A DNA stretch of 63,623 nt, counting the filler, from Octopus bimaculoides (taxonomy: Eukaryota), in assembly GCF_001194135.2 (NCBI RefSeq). It is 5 parts of 5 records of this genome, joined end to end, with 100 filler letters (N's around TTAATTAATTAA, not from the genome) between each part and the next. Parts side by side here need not be neighbours in the genome. Positions count along the whole stretch, not along the records: positions 31,762 to 41,165 come from NC_068982.1; positions 41,266 to 59,853 come from NC_068988.1; 3 more parts are not named here. The stretch is one strand, 5' to 3'. Positions 36,944 through 49,557 of this stretch are shown in pieces. Both the position numbers and the translations under genes were made by a program. How positions within the stretch are numbered: position 1 is the stretch's first letter; the number at the start of each line of letters is the position of its first letter. The notes below the pieces were generated by a model. That model was given only the letters and a program-made list of their open reading frames with translations. It was not told the origin of the DNA and did not search any database.

Positions 36944-38169
36944 TCAGATATTTATTTATACATTATACATTGTTAACTACATAATTTATGGTATAGAGTT
37001 GTCCTGCGGAGGGCAACGTTACAATGTTTTCGTACACTTAAAGGCTTTTATCAGTTATTTCTTTCCGCTCGCATTCAGAGTTCGAATCCCGCCAGAACAG
37101 GCTTTGTTTTTAGCCCTCTTTTCTAGTCGTTAAAATAAATACTAGTCTTGTACAATAATTAATTGAATCAACAAGATCTTCCGCCAATGATTTGTAACCT
37201 TTAGACTGGCTAATATGTGTGTGTGTGTGTGTGTGTGTGTAAACACGAGTGCTTCTATGCACCACAAGTCTATATTTACCTCGTAGTAAATAATACAGTA
37301 TAGTCTATTCTAACACAACATCCACGTTGAGTGGGCGATAAATATTACCTTTTGACATTAATACGGCTTCTGTCGCCATTAATTATATAGAAACCCGCTG
37401 TCACATTAACATTTAAAATGTCCACGTCCTTTATTTGGTTCTAACTTGTAACATGCAACAGTATCTATCGTAGTATACAGTAGGCTCCTATTACTGTACA
37501 TGGGTAGGCATGAAGAATGAGATCTTTAGAAGGGTTACTGGGAAGGTCGAGTTATTTTGTAAAAATATATTTTAACAATTGCGTCGATCCGAAATCAAAA
37601 CCCAATCCCTAGTTCACTTCACTAAAAACACACTCCTACACAACAAACACTCATCTGTGATTACGTAATTTACCAATCTATAAGAATATTTGAGAAGAGG
37701 ACATCATTAAAATCTTTGTAACGGGAATCTAGGCCAAGCAGCCGGTAAAATCATTTCATTAATAAGAGGGCGCTACAAACGCTGCTCCTAAAATACAATT
37801 TTATGTTTTCCGAATATTGATTTGTGTGATTGATTTTAAATAGTCAGACATAGTTTAATGAACTTCCATAGTGATTACAGTCCAACACTTCGACCACTGA
37901 AGCAATTTTATTGACCACATCTATATCTGGGTTGACACAATCGGTGGAGCATCAGACACAATGTTTTGCTAGTCTTTATTCTTTTAATTACGTCTCTTTA
38001 CGTTCTGAGTTCAAAATCTGTCGAGATCATCTTTGCCTTTCATTCTCTTATGATCGATAATACAAAGCACCAATCAGGTACTGAGATCTCTATAACTGAC
38101 TAACACCTTCCTCGCCACTGGTTTATGGCTTTTGTATATTTGTTAGGAACTATTATAATAATAATAATA

Positions 38170-38210
<41 letters not shown>

Positions 38211-38214
38211 CATT

Positions 38215-38880
38215 GCCTTTGCACAGTTTCTAATGCTGGAGATGTACTACGGTGTCATCTGTTCACTAACAGTGAACTAAGGTAACACCCCTTATTTTTC
38301 GAGCACCTTTCGGAGTATTCGAGCGGTTCCAAGCAGGGCTGTTTTCTGCAAGTGCTCCACCCTTATTGCAGCCTCTGTTTGTTTCATGTACTTCTCGAGA
38401 TTATTAATCACTGTTCCCAGGGCTCCGACAATTATTGGTACTACTACCACCTTTTTCAGCGACCACAACTGCTTAACCTCCCAAGCTAACCTGTCATATC
38501 TCTCGACTTTTCTTTCTTCCTTATCGCATACTTTGTTGTCAGCTGAGCATGTTGTCAGCATCTATGAACCAGCGTAGTTTGCTTTCTTTCTCAATTAAGA
38601 TTATGTCTGGCTTCCTATTCTCTATCTCATGGTCGCACTGAATCATAAAATCCCACAGGATCTTTGCATTATCATTTTCGAGGATGCCTTCGGGTTTGTG
38701 GTCGTACCAATTTTTTGCTCTGACAAGAACATACTTGTTGCAAAGTGTCCAATGGACAAGCCTTGCTATATTGTCGTGGCGTCTCTTATATTCCTTGTGT
38801 GCTAGTGGCGTACATTGGCTGGTAATATGCCATACGCTTTCACCATTTTGTCCACAGGTTTTGGTCATAATTTTAGCCAT
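38215..38880 (-). mobile_element. 5'-truncated R4/Dong-type LINE (CCHC knuckle plus restriction-like endonuclease), copy 1
   Basis: KTCGQNGESVWHITSQC..LAHKEYKRRHD...ILWDFMIQCDHEIENRKPDIILI...VVPIIVGALG...LQKTALLGTARILRKVLE. One frameshift. Confidence 0.92.
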
Positions 38881-38881
38881 A

Positions 38882-38938
<57 letters not shown>

Positions 38939-38939
38939 G

Positions 38940-39591
38940 TTCAGTAGTTTTATTTTTATAACGTGCTTTCACTTCACTACCGAGCGCAGCTCTGTGCGCC
39001 TTGGGTATGTGCTGTGGTTTGCTGTGGTGCTCTTATGNNNNNNNNNNNNNNNNNNNNNNNNNNNNNNNNNNNNNNNNNNNNNNNNNNNNNNNNNNNNNNN
39101 NNNNNNNNNNNNNNNNNNNNNNNNNNNNNNNNNNNNNNNNNNNNNNNNNNNNNNNNNNNNNNNNNNNNNNNNNNNNNNNNNNNNNNNNNNNNNNNNNNNN
39201 NNNNNNNNNNNNNNNNNNNNNNNNNNNNNNNNNNNNNNNNNNNNNNNNNNNNNNNNCGAGATACCTCTATTTCCAGGTCTTTGTATTTTGAAAGTTTTTC
39301 CATTTCTTTTAGAGAAACGTTGTCATCTGCTGGTATTGATACATCAATTAGAAAGCATTTTTTTTCTTCATGATCTTTGACAACTATATCTGGTCTATTT
39401 GCCTTAATTTCTCTATCTGTGTGTATTGGCATATCCCAGAGTATGGTTGCTTTCTCGTTTTCTGTGACCTTTTCTGGCGTGTGTTTATACCATCTTTTTT
39501 CTGTTGTTATTCCATAGTGTTGGCATAGCTTCCAGTGTATATAGGTCCCAGCTCTGTCGTGTCTGTGAATATATTCCTTCTTAGCCAGGAC
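38940..39591 (-). mobile_element. 5'-truncated R4/Dong-type LINE, copy 2 (different subfamily, contains an N gap)
   Basis: VLAKKEYIHRHDRAGTYIHWKLCQ...ILWDMPIHTDREIKANRPDIVVKDHEEKKCFLIDVSIP...EKLSKYKDLEIE, with its own distinct 3' UTR. Confidence 0.92.
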
Positions 39592-40514
39592 TATTATTAT
39601 AATTATTATTATTATTAAAGATGACTAATCGAAAAAATCTTTAGGGAGTCGGGTAAGATGCCTCACGGTATATGTTCTTTCTCTTTACTTTCTACGTTCA
39701 AATTCCGCTCAAGTCGCCTATGTCTTTCATCCTTCAGGGGTCGATACACTCAAGTACTAGTAAAATATGGAGATCGATAGTATTGATTAAGCCCTTCCCT
39801 TCAAGCCATTGTACCTAAATTAGAAACCATCATTATTTAATTCGAATAAATGGCAGGGAATAGCACAATCGGTAGAGCATCCGGCAAAATGGATTTCGGT
39901 ATTTGATTCTGGAACCTGCTGGAATCGACCTCATCTTTCATACCTTCTGGATCGATAAAATAATTAATTATCAGGAAATGAGAAAAAGATTTTATCAACT
40001 ACACTCATTTTTATTCTTTTATTTGTTTCAGTCATTTGACTGCGGCCATGCTGGAGCATCGCCTTTAGTCGAACAAATCGACCCCGGGACTTATTCTTTG
40101 TAAGCCTAGTACTTATTCTATCGGTCTCTATTACATACATAAACCACTGCTTTAGATTATGGAGGAGTTGCAGTTCTCCAGAGACTGGTAGGTTGATGCG
40201 GTCGATGTTGGATGTGAACCACTGTAAGATGATTCGAGTTTAGATAATGGAAGAGAAACAAAGGACTGAAGCTGTCCACAGACAGACGCTGATATTCAGC
40301 TTCATTTCTTGTAAGTTGGTACATGTGAAATAAATGTGTCTGAGAAGGGCTTCCATCGGTTTACAGGCTACGAAAGATGAGTAAAGTATTTTGTGTAGGG
40401 TTTACGGGATGGAATACAACAGGAAGGGTACTGTGTGTAAGGAACGGAATACATGTATTGCGGGTGGACTAAGGCGGTCAGTGGTAGGATGACAAGAGAA
40501 GTAATGAGTATACG

Positions 40515-40805
40515 GGGTAGACTAAAACTGGTACTCCGTCGGAACAGCCTACTCATGAAAGTAACGCGCAAGTGGCTAAGTACTCCGCAGACATGTGTAC
40601 CCCTTAACGTAGTTCTCAGGGAGATTCAGTCTGACACAGGTGACAAGGCTGGATCCTTTGAATTACAGGTGCAACTCATTTTTGACAGCTGAATGAACTG
40701 GAGGAACGAGAAATAAAGTGACTTGCTCAAGGACAGGATGCACTACCGGAAATCGAACTCATGACCTACCGATCGAGACCCTAATACCTTAACCACTAAG
40801 CCACG
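40515..40805 (-). mobile_element. SINE family D
   Basis: Head gtggcttagtggttaaggtattaggg...gagttcgatttccgg and the family core. Confidence 0.78.
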
Positions 40806-41099
40806 TAGTAGGGACAACAGGCAATTTGATGGTTCAAAGGTGCAGAGGTTGTGTTAGTGGTAATAGAGGAGAGAAAGACTGAAATAAAACAGCGCCACCT
40901 GTAGGTTAATTCTTTTATTCTTTTATTTGTTTCAGTCATTTGGCTGCAGCCATGCTGGAGCACCACCTTAAGTCGAACAATTCGACCCCAGGATTTTTTC
41001 TTTGAAAACCTAGTACTTATTTTATCGGTCTCTTTCGACGAACCGCTAGATTACGAGAACGTAAACACAGCAACATCGGTTGTCAAGCGATGGTTGGGG

Positions 41100-41136
<37 letters not shown>

Positions 41137-42399
41137 TACACATACACACACACATATATATATATNNNNNNNNNNNNNNNNNNNNNNNNNNNNNNNNNNN
41201 NNNNNNNNNTTAATTAATTAANNNNNNNNNNNNNNNNNNNNNNNNNNNNNNNNNNNNNNNNNNNNTGTTAACAAGAACAGGACAGTGAGAACAAGACGGT
41301 AAAAACAAGACAAGACGGTAAAAACAAGACAGTGAAAACAAACGGTAAAGGCTGTTAGGCCAAGACGATAGAAAAATTATCATTTTGAACGCTAGTTGGA
41401 CGTGAATGAGAGACAGAAAATTCTGTATAGGAAGGCAGCGAATAGAAAGAAAGAATCCCTTTCGTCACATGTCAGTGCCGAGAGGGTCAAGGAGGAAGAG
41501 TAAGAGAGAGAGAGAGAGAGAGAGAGAGGGAACGGTGAAAGGAAGAGAAGAATAGGGAAAGGGTGGGAGAGAAAAACAGAAAGGATGAAGAACATGAGAG
41601 GGAGAGAAGTATATGTGTGTGTGTGTGTGTTTGTAGTAGCTTCATGCAGGCATAGCATGGATTCTTTCCTTGATAGCCAAATTTCACTTAACAGTTCAAC
41701 AGCACTTTTCTCATGGTAAAACAATAGTTACATTTGTCAGATGCCTTTGCTAAGCAGAATAATGGCTTTGCCACTTGACCCTTCTAACCTCTTCTAGGCC
41801 ACCAAAAGCTAGAATAGAGATAACAGACCGCCAATGAAATCTATTGTTCTCAACAATATATCTATCCTTCTGGCTGGTTTTGGATAGTTATAGAAACAAG
41901 AACTCTGTAAGCCAAAGTCAGTTAGTGAGAATCAAGTCTGGCTGACTGGCTAACCAATCTCTGAAGGAAAAAGCACGAAGGAACAACTATGGTAACTTAC
42001 CAGTGAAGCAGTTGCTTTGTCCCACCACTATCACTTTCACTAACTCGTTTTCTTTTCTCTGTAACATTACCATATCTCTCTCTATATACTACTATGAGAT
42101 TGTGTGTGTACACGCATATACAGGCCAAAATTATCTTTCTTTACCTTGCATGCTTTACAGATTGTTATACTATTACACTAGCCTATCTGTTGTGGTATGG
42201 CATATATTAAAGTAACGGTAAATAAATACTTCTTTACAGCTTTGATCACTGTTCTTTCACATCTTAAAACATACCATTGCAGTAAATCTTAACCATTACA
42301 CATATATGTGTATGTATATCCAGTGTATATAAATTACAGTATGTGTGTGTATAATGACTAATGCATACCTAGTACACTATCCAACACTTGCTTTAAAAT

Positions 42400-42740
42400 C
42401 TGAAATTCCATCCTTTGATTCCTTTCTTGCATGAATTCAGATGGCTTCATGAGTAACACACTTTGCATTCTGGTGATTTTCAAGTACTCACTCTGCAATT
42501 TCTCTAATTATGGCCACTTTCTAGGTTTTCCTTTGTTAGCGCATTTTCTTTTTGGCATTGTCCGATAGTGCATTTTCTTTTTGACATTGTTAGATATCTT
42601 TCTCCAGTCTCTCACAAGTTTCTCTGAAACACAAAATTCTCTTGCTGCTACACAGTTATTTGTCTTCTCAGCAACTTCAGCAACTTTCAGTTTAAATGTT
42701 GCTGTATATATATATTTTTTTTTTTTTCTGAAGGGCATTC
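42400..42740 (-). mobile_element. pogo-family transposase 5' remnant (Brinker-type DNA-binding domain)
   Basis: YTATFKLKVAEVAEKTNNCVAAREFCVSEKLVRDWRK...MPKRKCA...KWP. Confidence 0.78.
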
Positions 42741-44739
42741 TTACGTAAAATGACAGAGAAATTTTAAACCCTCAACCATATGATTGTATTCCATCAGTGC
42801 TATACGGAAACTGAGGTCAGCTGAACTGCAAAGAAACATTATGACCTGACTCTGACCTGATTCTTTTAAATCCTGACTCTGACCTAATATTCTTAGATTT
42901 TCATGCCAAATTCCTTCATTGCCCTTTGTTTTCTCACCTACTTTTTTAATGTTTAAATTGCCAAAGCATTTTAAGCTATTTTTCTCTGATAAAAGTTATC
43001 GGTTTGACTCCCATATAGTTCCATAAAGCATTGTAGCTGGGAGGAATTGTCAAAAGCTGCACACCAAATCGAATCCTGTATTAAACCAAAAAGTAAAGCT
43101 GATACAAATTATGTTATACCTTGAAACCTTGAGACAAGAGCTGTAATAAAAAAAAAGATCAGTATGAAACTTACAGGCATTTCGAACTAGGTGCTATCAT
43201 ATTCACGTTCAAGATCAGTTGCCATTTCATGGAATAAGTTCTCTACACAATTCTTATAAGGTAAACATTGTGTCATGTTCTGTGTATATGTTGTCCCCCA
43301 CAGAAATGAAAAAGAAAAGTTGCGGGATGTCATCTGCAGTTATCAGTAAATGTCCATAATATGGTGTAGAGTTGTTAATTTGGAGCAGGGATTCTCACAG
43401 TATGTTCTGCAAAACACCAGGGTTCCCTGAAAGTTATCAGGGGTTCCATAATTCTGCCAACCCCACCACTCCTACAACTTTTAACCCTCCCCCTGCACCA
43501 CCCAACCTCTGTTCTAGCCCCACCTTCGGAACTAATGCTGCTTACCCTGCCTCTTTTACTAACTCACTCCCTCGATTGAGTTCTAATGCTAGCCCTCTAC
43601 TGTTGGTCGATGCTAGCTCACCACCTATAAAGTGTATTCAGTGACAACAGTTCATTGCATTTGATACCACACATGGAAGGGTTGGGTGTTGTCGGTTAGT
43701 AGCAGATAATCACTTACACTTACATCCTTTTTGGTGAATCATCTGTGTCAGTCATTTCAACTAGATTAGAATCTAATGTTGTGTACCTATGCAGCCACCT
43801 TCATTTTCACCTCAAGCCTTCACACCCATGAGGTAATTTGGTTTCCATCTCAACATCTGTAACCATCCACCCTTTTGCTTTTATTCCTGGTGTGTTTCTT
43901 GTTGTTCCTGTGATAAGATCATCTTTTCTGTATTTCAACTCCCCTACAATCAGGACCTCCATTGCCCTACCCACTTCTTTCATACCTTGACCTTCATCTG
44001 CTAGCACAAAGGTTCTCACCTCTGGGACACAACCTTACTAGTCCCAGTAACACAAGAAAAACACCCATTACACACTGTAAAATAGTTGGTATTAGGTAAG
44101 GCATCTAGCCATAGAAACTATTCCAAAGCAGACACTGGAGCACAATGCAGTCATGAAATCCATTGGATGCTGTTGAACCATTTGGTCCATGCCAGCATGG
44201 AACATGGACATTAAATGATGATGATGATGATGATTGTGTGTTAACCTTTCAAGGTCAGCTGCACTGCAACAATATGTCATCCATTCACTAAACCATTTGA
44301 TAAGGTATGGCACTAATCTGTTCAATAATCTACCACTGTATTCGAATGCCTTTCAGTGGTGCCATCCAGATGATATATAGACCCAGATCATCATCTAGAT
44401 GATAACCTGGTGCTATATTGTTAAATAGTCTTCATTGAAACAATGAACCATTAAGTGCTATATAAAAACAAACCATTCCTCACTCATAAAAGCATGATCC
44501 ACTGCTTCAACTATTTATAAACTCATTCACTAGAATTGGAAAATATTTTACATTCTGTTATATTAAATGAGTTGCCATGGTGACATTTAATATCTGATCT
44601 CTTATCCTGTGTGTGTTTGTGTGTTTCTACAAATAGCATTGGATTGTTGGGGTGAGTTTGTGTGACCGTGTCTTTTTTGGGTGTATACATTTGCATACAA
44701 GTGTATATTATACATTTTGTGTAATGTATATGTAGATAC

Positions 44740-44807
<68 letters not shown>

Positions 44808-45479
44808 CATGTATATGCATATTATGAGTGTGTTTTTGTATTAGTGATTAGTCACATCGTATAATGAGTTGTACCAGATATTGGTTTAGACTTTAGATAC
44901 ATGCCCTAAGTGTACATGTTCAAATATATCTATATGTATACCTGTGTTTTTGTATGTCTGTGTATCTATATCTGTCTATATGTGCATATGTATATGTTCT
45001 AACACTTGTTTAAGGCACCATGTTCCTCTTACTTTAAGGTTTTAATCTTTCTGAATTGATTGCAGTCTTCCATGAAGAGACAGTGGAAGATTGCATTTGG
45101 TGGAGATGAAATACAGACAGAAGTATAAATCTTGTGAACTGATACAGCTCGACCATAGAATACTACTTATGGCATCAATAATGCTTGTCGTCATACAAAT
45201 ATTTATATACAGGATGTTCAGACTAAATTTGACAATATTTTATGTCTCCTTTTTTCAGGATCTTGATGTATTGGTGAATTGTTAATGGCATTGGAGGGCA
45301 TAAAGTTTAAGGTTGTAGTTGAGAAAAAGTTAACTGATATGGAGATTGGAAGCCATCTATATATTGGAAAGAGTTGCCTGTATCATGATGATTCACACTG
45401 GGTATCAAAATACCAACATTACAACTGCTGCTCAATGTTCTGTGAACACTGTAAAGGCTGCAAGACATGACAAGGCATC

Positions 45480-46071
45480 ATAAAAACCAAGTTCTGCCAA
45501 ACCAGGTGTGTCTCCTGTGAGGATGATGTCATGCTACCCCATATCTTTGAACAGGGCCTTAAGCTCAATTCAGCCAGCTATGTGAAGCTGCTAGAGACTG
45601 TGTTCAAACCCAGGTTAGAGAGGGTTGCTGTTGGAAAGCTATATGTGTGTGACAGCAGGAGTTGGTGCTAGGATCAGAATTTCTATAACTTCACTAGTCC
45701 TAATTTCTGGCCTCCTTATTCCCCTTATACCTCCTTATTCCCCTGATTTTAATCCCCTGGATTTCTGTGTGTAAAGCATGGTTGCAAAAGACACCAACCA
45801 TTCTGTCTGCAACACCAAGGCCAAGTTGGTGGCCAAGATCAAGGAGATATTTGAAGATCTTTCCAGAAACAGTGAGCAACACTTGTGCCAGATTCTGGAG
45901 CTGTCTTGAGGCTGTGATGGAAGCTGATGGAAGCTACTTTGTGTAAACTGCTATTTCCCAACCTTAATCTAGCTCTATTAAAATTTTTTTTTTAAATACT
46001 TTTATTTTGGGGTGGGATATTGTGTTTTGCTTTTCTTTTATGCACGCTGTCAAATCTAACCTGAACCTCTG
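45480..46071 (+). mobile_element. Decayed DD37D (maT/mori-like) remnant
   Basis: VMLPHIFEQGLKLNSASYVKLLETVFKP...PPYSPDFNPLDF...KDTNHSVCNTKAKL. Ends cctctg|TA. Confidence 0.8.
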
Positions 46072-46304
46072 TACATACTCACACATATAAACTCACATAC
46101 ACATGTATAAATATGGGGACACATTGATACAAACATACATGATATCTGTTCATATATGTATAGAGTTATTTTGTCACAAGGCTGATATTCCTGTTTGTGT
46201 GTTGGTGTGCGTTATAGATACATCTCATCTAGGTATAATTGTATGTAAATATTTATATACATACATGCCTACATACATAGTTATATACAAATGCGTGTGT
46301 GTGT

Positions 46305-46612
46305 GAGCGAGATCGTTGCCAGTGACCCTGAACTGGCTCTTGTGCGGAGCCGTCGTAGGATTTTTGAGCGAGAGCATTGCCAGTGCCCCTGGACTGGCTC
46401 TGGCCTTCGTGCGGGTGACACATAAAAGCACCCACTACACTCTCTGAGTGGTTGGCGTTAGGAAGGGCATCCAGCTGTAGAAACTCTGCCAAATCAGATT
46501 GGAGCCTGGTGTAGACATCTGGTTTCACCAGTCCTCAGTCAAATCGTCCAACCCATGCTAGCATGGAAAGCGGACGTTAAACGACGACGACGATGACGAC
46601 GACTTATCATCA
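46305..46612 (+). mobile_element. SINE family B
   Basis: Family modules, core and a (GAC/GAT)n tail. Confidence 0.88.
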
Positions 46613-46859
46613 TCATCATATATCTGCTTATATACATATGGAGTCAGCAGATGAGATCCAGAGGTTCTCAATATAGAAAATACTTAGTGCTCAAATGATT
46701 TGAATTTACACTCTGAAACCACTTCACTATGAAAGACCATAACCCAACTTCTCCACCAAACTTTCCATTAGACTGACCTTCCACTAAATTAGACTTGAAT
46801 TAGCAAATGCATAATTGACTGAATCCTATCTCTAGTTAGGAGTAAGGTTAAACCTACAC

Positions 46860-47950
46860 TTTGTAATTGTATTGGGATGTCATCACTTGGTTCCACTCCA
46901 TTCCTGATAAACCTCGCACACATTTCCTTCAGTTTGACATTTCTAATTACTATGCTTCCATACCACTTACCCTGTTAAATAAGGGCCTAATCTTCATGAG
47001 AAAGTATGTACCTATCTTCCGTTCTGACATCAGCATCATCCTTGCTGCTAGGAAAACACTAATTTACTTCAAGGATAATTATTGGGCCTGCAACTCATCT
47101 ACAGATCTGTTTGACATAACCATGAACTCATCCAACTCTGCCTAGATTACTGACCTGGTCAGCCAATTCCTCCTTTCTCAGATTAAACAACACTTCCCTA
47201 ACCTCTCCAAAGGTTTCAAAAAAGATGATGTTGGTTTATTATGACTTTCTGTTGAACAACCAGGAAAGCCCTCCATAGAGTCTTCAAAAATTATAATCTA
47301 AAGTTGCCAATTTCTTAGATGTCACTCAACCCCATCCCAACCCACCTAGTTACAATAATGCAACCCTTAGAAGCTCTGAGTCAGTAATACCGACCTTAAT
47401 GCTACTCCCTATAATACTACCAATATGACCACATATACCAGCAGTGATACCCCCTCCCAATCCAATACTGGTACCAGTAATACCTCAAGTTCTTCTTTGC
47501 TGGTAATAGACCATATGAACCTGACTTTCCTAGTAATCAATTTCAATTCCAGTGCAGGCAGGAAAACCTGCAACTGCTGGGTGTCTTAACTCTGCTCTCT
47601 TGGAGGTTTCTGTCTATGCAAAAATGTGGTCTACAAATGTCAGGTGGTAACACCATGCTCCCACCAATCAAGAGTCTACATTGGTAGCATTATTGATTTC
47701 AAGTGCTGCCGCTGAGCACACAAGAACACTTTCTCCAATCCAACTTCTAAGTTATCTACCTCTTTAGCAAATACAAGTCCCAAAACATTCCCTATACCCT
47801 ATCCAAGTCCATCATCAGTCACTGTACAACACTAACTTTGGCATTTCTAAACTGTGCTCACCCTCCTTCACAATCACAACCCCTCATTACTTGATAGATT
47901 GTCAGATGTAATCCTCTCATGTAAACACAGGTTCTACTTATCATTTGCCT
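46860..47950 (+). mobile_element. Decayed Penelope-like element (RT fragment plus GIY-YIG)
   Basis: THFLQFDISNYYASIP...ILAARKTLIY...LFDITM, then RKTCNC...CLCKNVVYKCQV...VYIG. Confidence 0.75.
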
Positions 47951-48665
47951 CTTCTGTTAAATCTATGTAACTCCCTAATTATGATTAACCTAAAGTTATG
48001 ACTTGGTTGCACTACTAAGATACCCGTCCCATTAATACCACCCTTTCTATTAGTGCTCCCCCTCTACTGCCAACCTACCTTCATTCTTCAAATTCTCTCT
48101 TCACCACCCTACTAGCATCTACAACTGAACCCTTTCTCTTTCATTAATAACCCCTCCCTTTTCTCACTCTCTCAATTTCCTTTCATTCTATAGCTCTACT
48201 GTCCCTAAATTTTAATGTCTATTCACAAACCTAATGATAACCACTTTTCAAATGCTACCCCTCCCACTTATCTCCCTATTCTCCACTTCTACTACTACTT
48301 TTCTCAATACCCTGATCATTCACCACCTCTTATCTTTTCTTACCCCTCTTTGCTTCAACATTTCCTACACCCCCATTGAGCTACCTAATTCCTCCTTCCA
48401 TTTCACCCACTCTACCTTTAAATTTCCCTGCATCATGATCTGAGTTATCAGATTTTTATCTCTCCACCCTGAAGACAGAGGTTGAATCTATCCAATGTTT
48501 ATTTGCTTCCATTACTGGTTGCATATTCTGGTGATATATAAATGTCTATATATTTATACTTGAATATTCATTGTCTGAAAATTTTCAGTCTTTGCTTTCT
48601 TTCTATTTACATGTATATACATTTTTTATATCATACCCAAGCAGTTTTATTTGTTTATTTGCATA

Positions 48666-48777
<112 letters not shown>

Positions 48778-49557
48778 CTTTGTGTGTGTGTATAATCATC
48801 ATCATTTTTAATGTCCACTTTTCCATGCTTGCATGGTTATGAGGGAATTAAGTAAGATGCAGATATTCAGTGATGCCATTCCTGTTGCCCATTCTTACCT
48901 GGACATGTTTTACACAAGATTACAAACAAGCTACACCATTTGTATGACAGTGACATACATTTACAACTATCAAGCAATGTCATGACAAGAGCACACACAC
49001 ATTCTTTTTCTTATTCTTTTTTTAACAACTTTAGACATTTGCCCATCTTATTTCTTCATGCATGTTTTTCTAATTTTCCCCTGCACTCCATGCTTTCCAC
49101 TCATTTTCAATCAAATCTCGTGTGAGTTAACTTGGGATTTCTCGACAACATAACCTTCATTTAACTAAGGTATCTTTGGCTTGATTAATAGCTAGTTAAG
49201 TAGTCATTACATCTGAGGTTCTGCTAGCCTGGATTTTGCCTGCTCCATTCCCTCAATTTCGATTTTATATATATGTGGCTTGTGTTATATATCCCTATAT
49301 ATATATATATATGTATCTGTAAAAATATGTGACACTTATTCGATAGCCATGATAAAACATGAGTTTCAGATGCCAGGGCTACCGAATAAGTGTCATATAT
49401 TTTTACAGATAAATTCCTCTATTTACATAATATCGAGGTCTCTTTCTTTCTTTTGTTGTCCTTCCTATCAATATATATATATATATAGCATGGAAAGCAG
49501 ATGTTAAATGATGATGATGATGATAATGATATGTATATATATATACATATATATAAG

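Noticed and set aside
42002-42059. Possible minus-strand exon (RKENELVKVIVVGQSNCFT) resembling a small-GTPase start
   Set aside because: No GxxxxGK motif, weak polypyrimidine tract and no partner exons.
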